Numbered from the stretch's first letter, positions 18,112 to 27,540 are shown. The stretch is 32,000 nt of DNA from Wolbachia endosymbiont strain TRS of Brugia malayi (GCF_000008385.1 NC_006833.1:1048085-1080084); one strand, 5' to 3'. Numbers and translations: made by a program. The notes: generated by a model from the sequence alone, not told the origin.

Positions 18112-19686
18112 ATGAGCGGTATTTTAGGTAAGATGATTAATTTAATCTTAATGATAAGCTGGCCGTTTCAGGAAGTAGAAAAGGTATTGCAAGAATTTCC
18201 TGATAAAAAAGAGATAATATTTGAGACTGGCTACGGGCCTTCGGGTTTGCCGCATATTGGTACTTTTGGAGAAGTCTTCCGTACTACAGTTGTTGCAAAT
18301 GCACTGAAAAAAATAGCTCCTGAAATAAAAACCAAAATTATTGCAGTTTCCGACGATATGGACGGTTTGCGGAAAATACCAGATAATATACCAAATCAGG
18401 AAATGCTAAGAGAACATTTAAACAAGCCGTTGACTATGATACCTGACCCATTTGGCACTCATGAAAGTTATGGCCATCATATGAATTCGCTGTTGTGTAA
18501 GTTTCTTGATCTATTCGAGTTCGAATACGAATTTAGAAGTGCTACAGAGTGTTACAAGTCTGGTATTTACGATGAAAAACTTTTGCTCCTGCTGAAAAAT
18601 TACGATAAAGTGATGGATATAATGCTTCCATCATTCCGAGAAGAAAGACAGCAGACATATAGTCCATTTTTGCCTATATGTCTGGAAACTTCTCAAGTTT
18701 TACAAGTTTCAGTAATTGAAAGGAATACAGATAAAGGAACAATCACATACAAGGACCAAAATGGAGAAAAAATAGAAATCCCGGTGACAAAAGGCAGATG
18801 TAAATTGCAATGGAAACCGGATTGGGGAATGAGATGGGCCGCATTTGGAGTCAATTATGAAGCTCATGGCAAAGATTTGACTCCATCTGCTGTGCTTTCA
18901 AGTCAAATATGTAAAATACTTGGAGAAAAGCCACCGCTTTTGTTTTGCTATGAGTTTTTCCTTGATAAAGAAGGAAAGAAGATATCAAAATCAAAAGGAA
19001 ATGGCATTTCAATTGAGAAGTGGTTAACTTATGCACCAACAGAGAGCTTAGCGTTATACATTTTTCAGAGCCCTAAAAAAGCTAAACGTCTATATTTTGA
19101 TGTAATACCAAAATCAACTGATGAATATTTAGAGTTTGTTAAGCGTTACAATGAAGGCAAAGAGAAGGATATAAATAATCCTGCCTGGCATATCCACCAG
19201 AGTAAAGTTCCAAACGTGGAAACTTCAGGTATAAATTTCTCATTGCTCTTAAACCTAGCAGCAGCTTGTAACGCTAAAAACAAAGAGATTCTTTGGGGTT
19301 TTATATCCACTTATACACCGAACGTTACACCAGAAAGTAATAAGATGCTAGACAGGCTTTCAGATTTTGCAGTTAGATATTATCACGACTTTGTTAAGCC
19401 AACAAAAGCATATAAAGCTCCAAATGAAAAAGAGAAAGAAGCGTTACTAGATCTAAAGAACATCCTGCATTCCCTGCCTATTACAGCCACTGCTGAAGAA
19501 ATTCAATCTCAGATCTTTTCCATTGGGAAAAAACACAATTACAACAATTTACGTGATTGGTTTCAGTTGCTGTATGAAACGCTACTTGGCCAAAAAACCG
19601 GCCCAAGAATGGGATCTTTTATTAAACTTTATGGAGTAAATAATACAATTTCTCTTATAGACAGTGCTATTGGACGTACACTTTAG
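18112..19686 (+). CDS. lysS: lysine--tRNA ligase, class I (archaeal-type LysRS)
   Basis: 524 aa with an ATG start. The HIGH-type motif is GLPHIGTFGE and the KMSKS-type motif is KISKSKG. The N-terminal SWPF..E motif and overall length match class I LysRS, the type known in Rickettsiales. Confidence 0.9.
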   Translation: MSGILGKMINLILMISWPFQEVEKVLQEFPDKKEIIFETGYGPSGLPHIGTFGEVFRTTVVANALKKIAPEIKTKIIAVSDDMDGLRKIPDNIPNQEMLREHLNKPLTMIPDPFGTHESYGHHMNSLLCKFLDLFEFEYEFRSATECYKSGIYDEKLLLLLKNYDKVMDIMLPSFREERQQTYSPFLPICLETSQVLQVSVIERNTDKGTITYKDQNGEKIEIPVTKGRCKLQWKPDWGMRWAAFGVNYEAHGKDLTPSAVLSSQICKILGEKPPLLFCYEFFLDKEGKKISKSKGNGISIEKWLTYAPTESLALYIFQSPKKAKRLYFDVIPKSTDEYLEFVKRYNEGKEKDINNPAWHIHQSKVPNVETSGINFSLLLNLAAACNAKNKEILWGFISTYTPNVTPESNKMLDRLSDFAVRYYHDFVKPTKAYKAPNEKEKEALLDLKNILHSLPITATAEEIQSQIFSIGKKHNYNNLRDWFQLLYETLLGQKTGPRMGSFIKLYGVNNTISLIDSAIGRTL

Positions 19687-19727
19687 AGTTCTTTATTTTA
19701 TTCTAGTTTTTTATTGAATATAAAAGA

Positions 19728-20152
19728 CCATTTTACAGGCCTTAAGAACCCTTATATGGGGATGTTTTAGACCTAAAATTTATCCTTAATCTTTATTTAA
19801 GTGACAAAAGCACATTATTAAACTAGGTGTGTTATGTTTAATTTTTCTTATATAGACACTCCATGTCTTTATAAATTTTTATCTACGTTAGCTGAATCTC
19901 GCTTATTAAGTAATGTAATAAGCGCCAAGTTTTTGAGAGAACAGTAAACAACTCACATTGCATTGTTCTTTTTGTCTTTATTTAAGAATTAGTTCAAAAA
20001 TCAACTAATCTTCTTTTTTTATAAAGAAATTATTTGAAAAACTTCTGCATTACCCTTATCGTGACGTTATGGATATTTATAATTCCAAGGTTGACTACTT
20101 ACCAAGCATATAAGACATTAATGTCAAGTTCCTACAAGAGATATCACTAGGG
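19728..20152 (+). repeat. 425-bp repeat, copy A (perfect inverted partner at 30356-30779)
   Basis: A base-by-base reverse-complement comparison showed no mismatch over 425 bp. Similarity extends a few bases further with one mismatch. The repeat contains a 9-bp-stem hairpin, cgcttatta-N7-taataagcg, at 19900-19924. Confidence 0.9.
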
Positions 20153-20470
20153 TTTCTTTTGCTTTTTTTCCTGCTTGGTGAGTTCCTTAATATTTGTGGC
20201 TGCCAACATCCCAGCGCGTGATACTAGCTTCTCATACTGGAAAACCATAGAATGATAGAAAATAGTAAATAAATTTACTAAGATTCTAGTGTCACGCACT
20301 GGAATGACATCGTTTACCATTAAACATCGATGTTACAATATCCACATACTTGACACTGGAATCTAGTATGATTTAATTAACCAAGAAATAGAGATATTCA
20401 CATGAAAAAATTATGTAGTGAAGCTGAACGCCAGTGTCAGCTACTTTTATGACAGGGAGAGGCTACTTGA
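20149..20470 (+). repeat. composite intergenic repeat region: roughly 50-bp T-rich module (20149-20202) plus TGTCA-N10-TGACA palindromes (20290-20309, 20435-20454)
   Basis: Collinear similarity to 774-1020: module, tagtgtcacgcact.g.atgaca, agagatatt, atgtagt, gtgtcagcta.ttt.atgacagg.ag. Confidence 0.75.
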
Positions 20471-20567
20471 ATAACAGGTAGCTATGCAAGAAGCCTGATA
20501 ACCGATAAATGTGTTTATACATTTTTATTGATTATTAAAGCTTTAACCAAAGCGTTTATAATGCCCA

Positions 20568-21557
20568 TTAAGCACGATAGAGGAAATCATTTATAATTGC
20601 CATAGCAACCAGTGTTGAAACCTGGCGTGCCTTGTGATTGGATAAATGGAGGTTTTTATCCGACTTTACAACAAGGGCTTCTGGATGACTCTGAAAGTAA
20701 ATATTACCATGCTTATCTTCAATAGCCTCTATTACCCCATCATTGGAAAACGCTGCAATTTTATATCCAAGCAATTCTAATTTCCTTCTGTTTTCTGGCC
20801 TATTGTTCACTGTCCCTGAATGAGCATCTGGAAAACATGTTGAAAACCAGCCATTTTTATCGGGTAATAAAAATTTAGCTACTACCTTTGCTAAATGACT
20901 ATTTGGAACAATCTTTATCTGCTGGAAAGTTACATCCTCTTGCTGTGGATTAGGTGCAGATTTCAAATGAGATCTTCGCTGTTCTTCATCGCTTACAAAG
21001 TTTTCCACGTGCACTACTTCAATTCCTTTTGCACTCATAATTCCTTGTAAACCTCCACATATGCTAAGCAAATGAATTGTAGGGTTATCATCGACTATTT
21101 TCACAATCGCTTCAGTAACAAGCTGGCAACAAGGAGTAGGCGGAAAGGGTTCTGAATGTAAATTGTAATAGTTCTCCGGAATAAATATTCTATTTATTTT
21201 GTGCCCCTTAATGAATTGCCCAATTTCAATTTTTATTCGGTCTAATATCAACTTTTTTGCCAGCATCTCGTCTTGTTTTAAAAGGCTGAGTAATTCTTCT
21301 TGGATTTTTTTAAGGTTGATTATTTTATTACAGTCGATGAATACGGTTCTAACTCCAAAACTATTGAACATCTCGTAGATACTTTGAAACAAGCCAAGCT
21401 CATGCGGATATGTTTCTTTTTCTGTTTTCAACAAACCAACCACTATGTCGCTGCCTATTTGATGCATACTTTCACTAGCGTCAGCATAAGTGACATTACT
21501 TAATAATAGAACTATAATTAATAGAATATTAAATATTCTATTATAATATTGATACAT
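20568..21557 (-). CDS. signal-peptide-bearing class I glutamine amidotransferase-like / peptidase C26 (gamma-glutamyl hydrolase, PuuD-like) family protein
   Basis: 329 aa with an ATG start. The N-terminus (FNILLIIVLLLSNVTYA|DASE) looks like a Sec signal peptide. The nucleophile-elbow motif is LSICGGLQGI (compare GICRGxQ) and the C-terminal motif is YFQSHPE (His/Glu of the Cys-His-Glu triad). The context DGVIEAIEDKHGN is typical of C26 enzymes. Confidence 0.65.
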   Translation of the reverse strand: MYQYYNRIFNILLIIVLLLSNVTYADASESMHQIGSDIVVGLLKTEKETYPHELGLFQSIYEMFNSFGVRTVFIDCNKIINLKKIQEELLSLLKQDEMLAKKLILDRIKIEIGQFIKGHKINRIFIPENYYNLHSEPFPPTPCCQLVTEAIVKIVDDNPTIHLLSICGGLQGIMSAKGIEVVHVENFVSDEEQRRSHLKSAPNPQQEDVTFQQIKIVPNSHLAKVVAKFLLPDKNGWFSTCFPDAHSGTVNNRPENRRKLELLGYKIAAFSNDGVIEAIEDKHGNIYFQSHPEALVVKSDKNLHLSNHKARQVSTLVAMAIINDFLYRA

Positions 21558-21648
21558 TATGATTTACTTCTTTAAGATTTATATTAACATAATAACATAT
21601 TATAGAACATTTTACAACAAAATAGTAATTTTGACAAGAAAGGGAAAG

Positions 21649-21721
21649 TGGCCTGAGCAGGAGTCGAACCAGCGACACAAGGATTTTCAGTCCTTTGCTC
21701 TACCAACTGAGCTATCAGGCC
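21649..21721 (-). tRNA. tRNA-Phe (anticodon GAA)
   Basis: Minus-strand sequence is GGCCTGATAGCTCAGTTGGTAGAGCAAAGGACTGAAAATCCTTGTGTCGCTGGTTCGACTCCTGCTCAGGCCA. It folds as a cloverleaf with a 7-bp acceptor stem, anticodon loop CTGAAAA and T-loop TTCGACT, with one U-U mismatch in the T stem. CCA is not encoded. Confidence 0.9.
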
Positions 21722-21802
21722 AACTGTATGCTTTCATTTTTAGATAAAAAATGTTATTATGTCTATTAAAAGTTTTTAAAGCAATTTATATAAAAATAAA
21801 GG

Positions 21803-22306
21803 ATGAACATTAATAACAGAATAGGTATTTACCCAGGCACATTTGATCCTATCACTTTTGGACATATTGACATAATAAAAAGAGCATGTAAACTAGTAGA
21901 TAGATTAATCATCGGCGTTGCAGAAAATATTAATAAGCATACTACTTTCGATGCAAAGCTACGCACAAGCATGGCCGAAAACGAAATTAAAAGATTAGAA
22001 ATTGACGTAGATGTTGTATCTTTTAACGGGCTATTAGTGAAGTTTGCCAAAGAGCAGAACGCTTCTGTTATCATTAGAGGATTAAGAGCAGTATCGGATT
22101 TTGATTATGAGTTCCAAATGAGTTGGGTAAATTACAAGCTTCTTCCTGAAATTGAAACCATCTTTCTTCCTGCCTCTGAGGATACTCAGTTTATCTCATC
22201 AAGTTTTGTAAAAGAAATAGCAAGATTAGGAGAAAGTGTTAGCAAATTTGTGTCAGTGGGTGTTCAGAAAGAGTTGATTAATTTGAATAGGATAGGAAGT
22301 GAATAA
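21803..22306 (+). CDS. coaD: phosphopantetheine adenylyltransferase
   Basis: 167 aa. The N-terminal nucleotidyltransferase motif is GIYPGTFDPITFGHIDII. A later RGLR..SDFDYE motif is typical of CoaD. Confidence 0.9.
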   Translation: MNINNRIGIYPGTFDPITFGHIDIIKRACKLVDRLIIGVAENINKHTTFDAKLRTSMAENEIKRLEIDVDVVSFNGLLVKFAKEQNASVIIRGLRAVSDFDYEFQMSWVNYKLLPEIETIFLPASEDTQFISSSFVKEIARLGESVSKFVSVGVQKELINLNRIGSE

Positions 22307-22374
22307 TAGTATTTATTTTCTATTCTCAAACGTATATATTCAATATATAAAATATTATAAACTAAAGGAGCAAC

Positions 22375-22572
22375 ATGGCAGAAGTGAGGGTTAACAAAAG
22401 AAAAGTTTGTTGTCATGGTGATGGAAACAATGAGGGTTCTGGTCACCCATTAATATACTTAGATATGGGAGAAGAGGAGGAAATAGCCTGTCCTTATTGT
22501 GAAAAAACGTTTGTCCATGACTGTACTGTAGAAGCAGTTAAGGAGGGAATAATGGCTAAGGATGAGTTTTAA
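22375..22572 (+). CDS. zinc-finger (zf-CHCC, NDUFS6-like) domain protein
   Basis: 65 aa, with a strong AAAGGAG ribosome-binding site 5 nt upstream of the ATG. The pattern C-x-HPLIYLDMG..EIACPYCEKTF matches the CHCC zinc-finger family found in alphaproteobacteria and in the mitochondrial complex I subunit NDUFS6. Confidence 0.7.
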   Translation: MAEVRVNKRKVCCHGDGNNEGSGHPLIYLDMGEEEEIACPYCEKTFVHDCTVEAVKEGIMAKDEF

Positions 22573-22595
22573 TAGTACTTCATTTTTTAAGTCAG

Positions 22596-23222
22596 TTAAC
22601 TTATATAGATAGCAATAAGAGGAGAAGTGAAAATGAAACTGTCCATGCGGTCAAGTATCCCTCCATGGCCGGGTATTATACTTCCACTATCTTTAACATT
22701 GTAAACTCTTTTGATGAGTGATTCAGTAAAATCACCAAGTTGTGCTAGAAGAGCAATTGTAAATCCAATGATTGGAGAATATAAAATTGAAAATAGGCCA
22801 AAAAGTATTGATCCAAAAATTGTGCACACTATTCCAGCCAAGATTGCGCCAAGAAATCCTGACCAAGTCTTGCCAGGGCTAATAATTGGGCAAACTCTGG
22901 CCCCACCAAAATTCTTGCCAAACAGATAGGCAGTAATATCGATGCTCCAAATGGTTAAGATGAGCCATACTAACGCGTACTTTCCTTGCGGTAGGTTGTA
23001 TAAATATATTAATGAGGCATTTGGTAGTGCAATCAATAACAATGCGAAAACATACAAGATTCTGTTTCCCTGAGTTAGGTTATACCATTCAAAGGAAGAC
23101 AAAACCGCTATCGAAAAAATCAATAGGTAAAATGATAAATCACTGAAGTATGTCGAAAAAGAAAATATGAACAATATTACTACTGAAGATAGTATTCTAA
23201 TTATAAAATTGTTATCTACCAT
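22596..23222 (-). CDS. cdsA: phosphatidate cytidylyltransferase (CDP-diglyceride synthase)
   Basis: 208 aa polytopic membrane protein. The CdsA signature is SLIKRVYNVKDSGSIIPGHGGILDRMDSFIF. It overlaps the uppS 3' end by 11 nt. Confidence 0.9.
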   Translation of the reverse strand: MVDNNFIIRILSSVVILFIFSFSTYFSDLSFYLLIFSIAVLSSFEWYNLTQGNRILYVFALLLIALPNASLIYLYNLPQGKYALVWLILTIWSIDITAYLFGKNFGGARVCPIISPGKTWSGFLGAILAGIVCTIFGSILFGLFSILYSPIIGFTIALLAQLGDFTESLIKRVYNVKDSGSIIPGHGGILDRMDSFIFTSPLIAIYIS

Positions 23223-23907
23223 ACCTTTTCTCCCTTTTCGTATAATCCTCTAGTGCTTTGCTCAAATCTTGACAAGAAAAATCAGGCCATAAAGTATCAC
23301 AAAAATACAATTCAGCGTAAGCTGCTTGCCACAACAAAAAATTACTTAACCTTTTCTCACCACCAGTGCGAATTAATAAATCCAACTTTGGTAGATCTTT
23401 AGTATATAGAAATTTCTCAAACTCGTCTTCTGATACACAATCAATATTTTTTCTCGTGATATTTCTCACAGCGTGTATAATTTCTTGTTTTGCTCCATAG
23501 CTGACTGCTACAGTAAGCAATAGACCATCGTTCTTACGTGTCATTTCTTCTGATTCTTTAATCTGGTTAAGTATTTTTCCAGGCAATAAACTTAAATTAC
23601 CAACAAAATTCAATTTAATGTTATAGTTGTGAAAGAAATTAACTTTATCTCTATCAGTTAGAATAGAGTAAAATAAGTCAAATAGACAGTCAGTTTCTTC
23701 TTTAGGTCTAAGCCAATTCTCCATGGAAAACGCGTACAAAGTTAAATAGGGTATGGCTAGGGCTATACAATGCTTAGCAATATCATATGCAACTTCACTA
23801 CCTTTTCTATAACCATCAATTTTTACCCTTCCTTGACTGTTTGCCCACCTACTGTTACCATCCATAATGATTGCTAAATGTTTCGGTAGAGATTCGAGGT
23901 TCAACAT
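23212..23907 (-). CDS. uppS: undecaprenyl (di-trans,poly-cis-decaprenylcistransferase) diphosphate synthase
   Basis: 231 aa with the motifs HLAIIMDGNSRWA and LLIRTGGEKRLSNFLLWQAAYAELYF. Confidence 0.95.
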   Translation of the reverse strand: MLNLESLPKHLAIIMDGNSRWANSQGRVKIDGYRKGSEVAYDIAKHCIALAIPYLTLYAFSMENWLRPKEETDCLFDLFYSILTDRDKVNFFHNYNIKLNFVGNLSLLPGKILNQIKESEEMTRKNDGLLLTVAVSYGAKQEIIHAVRNITRKNIDCVSEDEFEKFLYTKDLPKLDLLIRTGGEKRLSNFLLWQAAYAELYFCDTLWPDFSCQDLSKALEDYTKREKRYGR

Positions 23908-23974
23908 TTAGAGCTTACCTAGTTCTGATTTAAATGAAATTTTCTCGACCTCAGTTGGTACCTAGAAGACGTCA

Positions 23975-24080
23975 TTTTAGTGCCCAGACACTGGGATCCA
24001 GAAAATTTGATTTTAAACGAGTACATCAAATAGTTGTGTGGTAAAGACTGGACTCCACTGTCAAGCACTGGAATGATATC
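23975..24080. repeat. copy of the palindromic intergenic repeat family inside the frr-uppS spacer
   Basis: tgtcaagcactggaatgata (24059-24078) and cccagacactgggatccag (about 23983-24001) resemble tgtcacgcactggaatgaca and cttgacactggaatctag at 20290-20370. Confidence 0.6.
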
Positions 24081-24101
24081 ATTCACTACCTTCATATTCA
24101 C

Positions 24102-24659
24102 TTAATAATTCAGTATATCCTTTTCTTTGATAGATAATTCACCATCAATTTTTTTAATATTATCGTCAGTAATATTTTGTATTTCCTTTTTAGCGTTATG
24201 AAAATCATCTTCTGAGATTTTTTTATTTTCCTGCATTCTCTCTATTTCTTCCATAATATCTCTGCGTATATTCCTAATGGCAACCCGTGCGTTCTCAGCA
24301 AACTGGTGCAATAACTTTACTAATCTCTCACGGGTCTCTTGCGTTAGGTCTGGAAGAACTATACGTATGGTATTACCCTCAACAACAGGATTTAAATTTA
24401 GATTAGCATTTAATATAGCATTTTTTACTTCACCTATAACGCCAATGTCCCAAACTTTAATTAACAGGGTTTTATTGTCTGTAACTGAAACACCTGCAAC
24501 TTGATTTAGTTTTTGATGTCCACCATAGATATTTACAACTATTCCATCAAGTAATGACGCGCTAGCTCTACCAGTACGTATACCTTTAATATCATTATAA
24601 AAAGATTGAATAGTTTTCAGCATCCTTTCTTTTGTTTTAGTTTTTATTTCTTTTAACAT
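24102..24659 (-). CDS. frr: ribosome recycling factor
   Basis: 185 aa with a typical RRF sequence (IRTGRASASLLDGIVVNIYG...IRNIRRD) and the conserved pyrH-frr-uppS-cdsA context. Confidence 0.95.
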   Translation of the reverse strand: MLKEIKTKTKERMLKTIQSFYNDIKGIRTGRASASLLDGIVVNIYGGHQKLNQVAGVSVTDNKTLLIKVWDIGVIGEVKNAILNANLNLNPVVEGNTIRIVLPDLTQETRERLVKLLHQFAENARVAIRNIRRDIMEEIERMQENKKISEDDFHNAKKEIQNITDDNIKKIDGELSIKEKDILNY

Positions 24660-24669
24660 AAATTACCTA

Positions 24670-25410
24670 TCATTCACAATCTGAAACTATGGTGTAAGTA
24701 CCGTGACCTTTAACGATATTGACTATTTTTTCTTCTTTCAAAGAAAAAACTATAATTGGAATAGAATTCTCACGCGCAAGTGAGATTGCTGATGCATCCA
24801 CGACTTTTAAATCACGAGTCAATAAATCCATATAAGAAAGTCTATCATACATTACAGCATCCTCATTTTTTTTCGGATCAGCAGAGTATACACCATTTAC
24901 TTGTGTACCTTTTAGGATAGCATCACAATTTGTTTCAACAGCACGTAAAGCTGCGGCTGTATCTGTAGTAAAAAATGGATTACCTGTGCCTGCTGCAAAG
25001 ATCACTACTCTACCCTTTTCTAAATGATGAATAGCTTTCCTCCTTATATAAGGTTCACATATAGTGACCATAGGTATTGCAGAGAGTACCTTAGAATTTA
25101 CTGAATTTTTCTCTAAAAAATTTTGTAAAATTAAAGCATTTATTATAGTTGCAAGCATTCCAATATAATCACTACTCGCTCTTTCACAACCACTCAAAGA
25201 TGCGGATGCACCACGAAAGATATTACCGCCACCAACAACAATACATACCTGAACTCCAAGCTTGTAAATATCAGATATATCTTTGCACAATTGATCTATG
25301 AGCTCCATATCATGGCCAAAAGGCCGAGATCCCATCAGAGCCTCACCAGAGATTTTAAATAACACCCTGGAGTACTTTATTTTACTTCCTTTACCCGTTG
25401 AGGCATGCAT
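24670..25410 (-). CDS. pyrH: UMP kinase
   Basis: 246 aa with the motifs [21 protein letters not shown] and [19 protein letters not shown]. Confidence 0.95.
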   Translation of the reverse strand: MHASTGKGSKIKYSRVLFKISGEALMGSRPFGHDMELIDQLCKDISDIYKLGVQVCIVVGGGNIFRGASASLSGCERASSDYIGMLATIINALILQNFLEKNSVNSKVLSAIPMVTICEPYIRRKAIHHLEKGRVVIFAAGTGNPFFTTDTAAALRAVETNCDAILKGTQVNGVYSADPKKNEDAVMYDRLSYMDLLTRDLKVVDASAISLARENSIPIIVFSLKEEKIVNIVKGHGTYTIVSDCE

Positions 25411-25420
25411 TTTTAACTAC

Positions 25421-26290
25421 TTAATTTTTACTACCCAAAACAAGCAACTTGTAATCAGACAATTCAACTGGAGAATTCACACTAGACTCACTTAACCTCA
25501 TAAAATCAGAAATTTTCATTTTATCATCCTTTATAAACTTTTGTTCTAGTAAAATAACTTCTTCATAGTACTTAGCCATTCGGCCATCTACTATTTTTTT
25601 CGTCACTTCTTCAGATTTATTTAAGCCTTTTACTTGCTCTTCAATTATAGAACGCTCATTGTTCATCTTTGTTTGATCTAAGTTATCTATAGAAAGAGCT
25701 TCAGGTTTCATAGCAACTACATGCATTGCTATTTGTTTCCCAACCTCTTGCAACTTTGACTTATCGCCAGATGATCGCAATGCAACCAAAGCACCAGTCT
25801 TACCTAAGCCACGCACATCACCATGAACATAACCAGCAATAACTCCGTCTTTAGCTTCTAGGTAACAAAGTCTACTTAGTTCCAATTTTTCACCAAGAAC
25901 CGATGTACCATTCATGATAGCTTCCTGCACTGTGCCAACACCTTCATACTTAGCATTTTTTAACTTATCAATGCTAGTACAGCGTTCTTGGTAAGCAATC
26001 GACGCTAAATTTGAAATTAATTCTATAAATTTCTCATTTCTTGCAACAAAATCAGTTTCACAATTCAATTCAATTAACACACCGCAGCTTTCAGCCAAAT
26101 GCATAGCAATTAGTCCATCTGAAGCTACCCTATCAATCTTTTTATCAGCTTTAGCAAGTCCTATTGCACGTAATTTGCCAATAGCTTCCTTAATATCACC
26201 ACTACACTCCTCTAAAGCTTTTTTACAATCACTCAAACCAAGCCCTGTCCTGTCACGTAGTTCTCTTATATTATCTGGATTCATCTTCAT
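25421..26290 (-). CDS. tsf: translation elongation factor Ts
   Basis: 289 aa with the N-terminal UBA-like motif [30 protein letters not shown]. Its start overlaps the rpsB 3' end (20 nt from the first ATG, 14 nt from the next). Confidence 0.95.
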
Positions 26291-27125
26291 TCGTTACTAC
26301 CTCCTTTTCATCTTCTTTATAAACTTTACTACGCCCCTTTTTAGTTCGTATAATACTATCTCCTTTTTCTTGAATAAACTCTTCATCTTTTATATCACCA
26401 ACTTTAACTCCAGATCTTGCCAAACTAGATTCCATTCCAGCTAATATAGAGTCAGCAGCCAGTCTACAATAGAGTTCTATTGATTTTCTTGAGTCATCAT
26501 TTCCCGGTATAGGATAAGTAATACCATCTGGATCAGAATTAGTATCAAGTATTGCAACTACCGGAATTTCTAATTTTTCAGCCTCTTTGACTGCAATGTG
26601 CTCTTTATTAGTATCAATTATAAATAAAACATCTGGAACTGCTCCCATCTCTCTGATACCACCCAGCGCCTTATCAAGTTTCTGCCTTTTTTTTTCAATA
26701 TTTCCTAATTCTTTCTTCGTTAAAATGCTATTTTCAGCATTCAGTACCTTCTCATATTGAACTAGTGTCTTTATCGAAGAAGAAATAGTTCCCCAGTTAG
26801 TAAGCATACCACCGAGCCATCGATAATTTACGTAATATTGACCACAACGAATCGCTTCACTTGCAATAATATCCAGAGCTTGAAATTTTGTACCAACAAA
26901 CAGAATACGACCACCCTGAAATGCAACATTATACAAAACTTTCATGGCTGCCTGTAGCAATGGTAATGTTTTCCGCAGATCAATTATATGTATACGATTT
27001 TCTTGATGCACTCCATATATATATGGAGCCATTTTTGCATTCCAGCGACTAATTTTATGACCAAAATGCACACCAGACCTAGCTAAATCACGTACAGTAA
27101 CTTCAGGCAAATTTGCCATATTCAT
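26271..27125 (-). CDS. rpsB: 30S ribosomal protein S2
   Basis: 284 aa with the motifs [21 protein letters not shown] and WLGGMLTNW, plus an acidic/lysine-rich C-terminal extension. An alternative ATG lies 6 nt downstream. Confidence 0.95.
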
Positions 27126-27301
27126 CCCCCAAATAGTTTACCCTCCATGGCACAACCTTTAATTAGGACTACTTGCATGAGCCATGTGTGAAATTAAATC
27201 ATTTACATGGTAATATAAAAGACAACAAAATGCAAACAAAAAATATTGACAAAAGGCAGCACATTTATTAACTTTAAAGTTAATAATACTAAAAGGAAGC
27301 A

Positions 27302-27375
27302 GGGGGTGTAGCTCAGTTGGTTAGAGCGCATGCCTGTCACGCATGAGGTCGTGAGTTCAAGTCTCATCACTCCCG
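27302..27375 (+). tRNA. tRNA-Asp (anticodon GTC)
   Basis: Sequence is GGGGGTGTAGCTCAGTTGGTTAGAGCGCATGCCTGTCACGCATGAGGTCGTGAGTTCAAGTCTCATCACTCCCG. It folds as a cloverleaf with anticodon loop CTGTCAC and T-loop TTCAAGT. CCA is not encoded. Confidence 0.9.
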
Positions 27376-27540
27376 CATATCGTTTTAGTACAGTTTTAAA
27401 CCAGCTATATTAATTTTTTTTACCCTAATTTAAGTACATAATAGCACAGTGGAATAGACTTCTTACATGACCTAGAAAAAACAAATAGTTATTATTTTAA
27501 ATATTAGTGTTTTATAATGCCACTGCTCTTAAGTTACTTT

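Noticed and set aside
19888-19897. A 10-nt match (ttagctgaat) between the 425-bp repeat and the right end of the IS copies (2270-2279), suggesting a solo IS end
   Set aside because: The match does not extend on either side, and a single 10-mer coincidence is plausible in AT-rich sequence of this length.
19835-19945. 36-codon ORF (MFNFSYIDTPCLYKFL...) inside the 425-bp repeat
   Set aside because: It is very short, has no ribosome-binding site, and overlaps the hairpin. I have no evidence beyond the open frame. It is kept only as a note within the repeat finding.
21559-21747. 62-aa plus-strand ORF
   Set aside because: It runs antisense straight through the tRNA-Phe gene (21649-21721). The tRNA cloverleaf is a much better explanation of this sequence.
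23919-24101. 60-aa minus-strand ORF between frr and uppS
   Set aside because: It is composed of the palindromic repeat family sequence. It has no ribosome-binding site and an unremarkable translation. Such repeat-derived ORFs are a common annotation artefact.
27246-27274. TTGACA-N17-TAACTT as the promoter of tRNA-Asp
   Set aside because: The -35 hexamer is perfect but the -10 is weak, and several equally plausible AT-rich -10 hexamers lie nearby. It cannot be supported without transcription start-site data.
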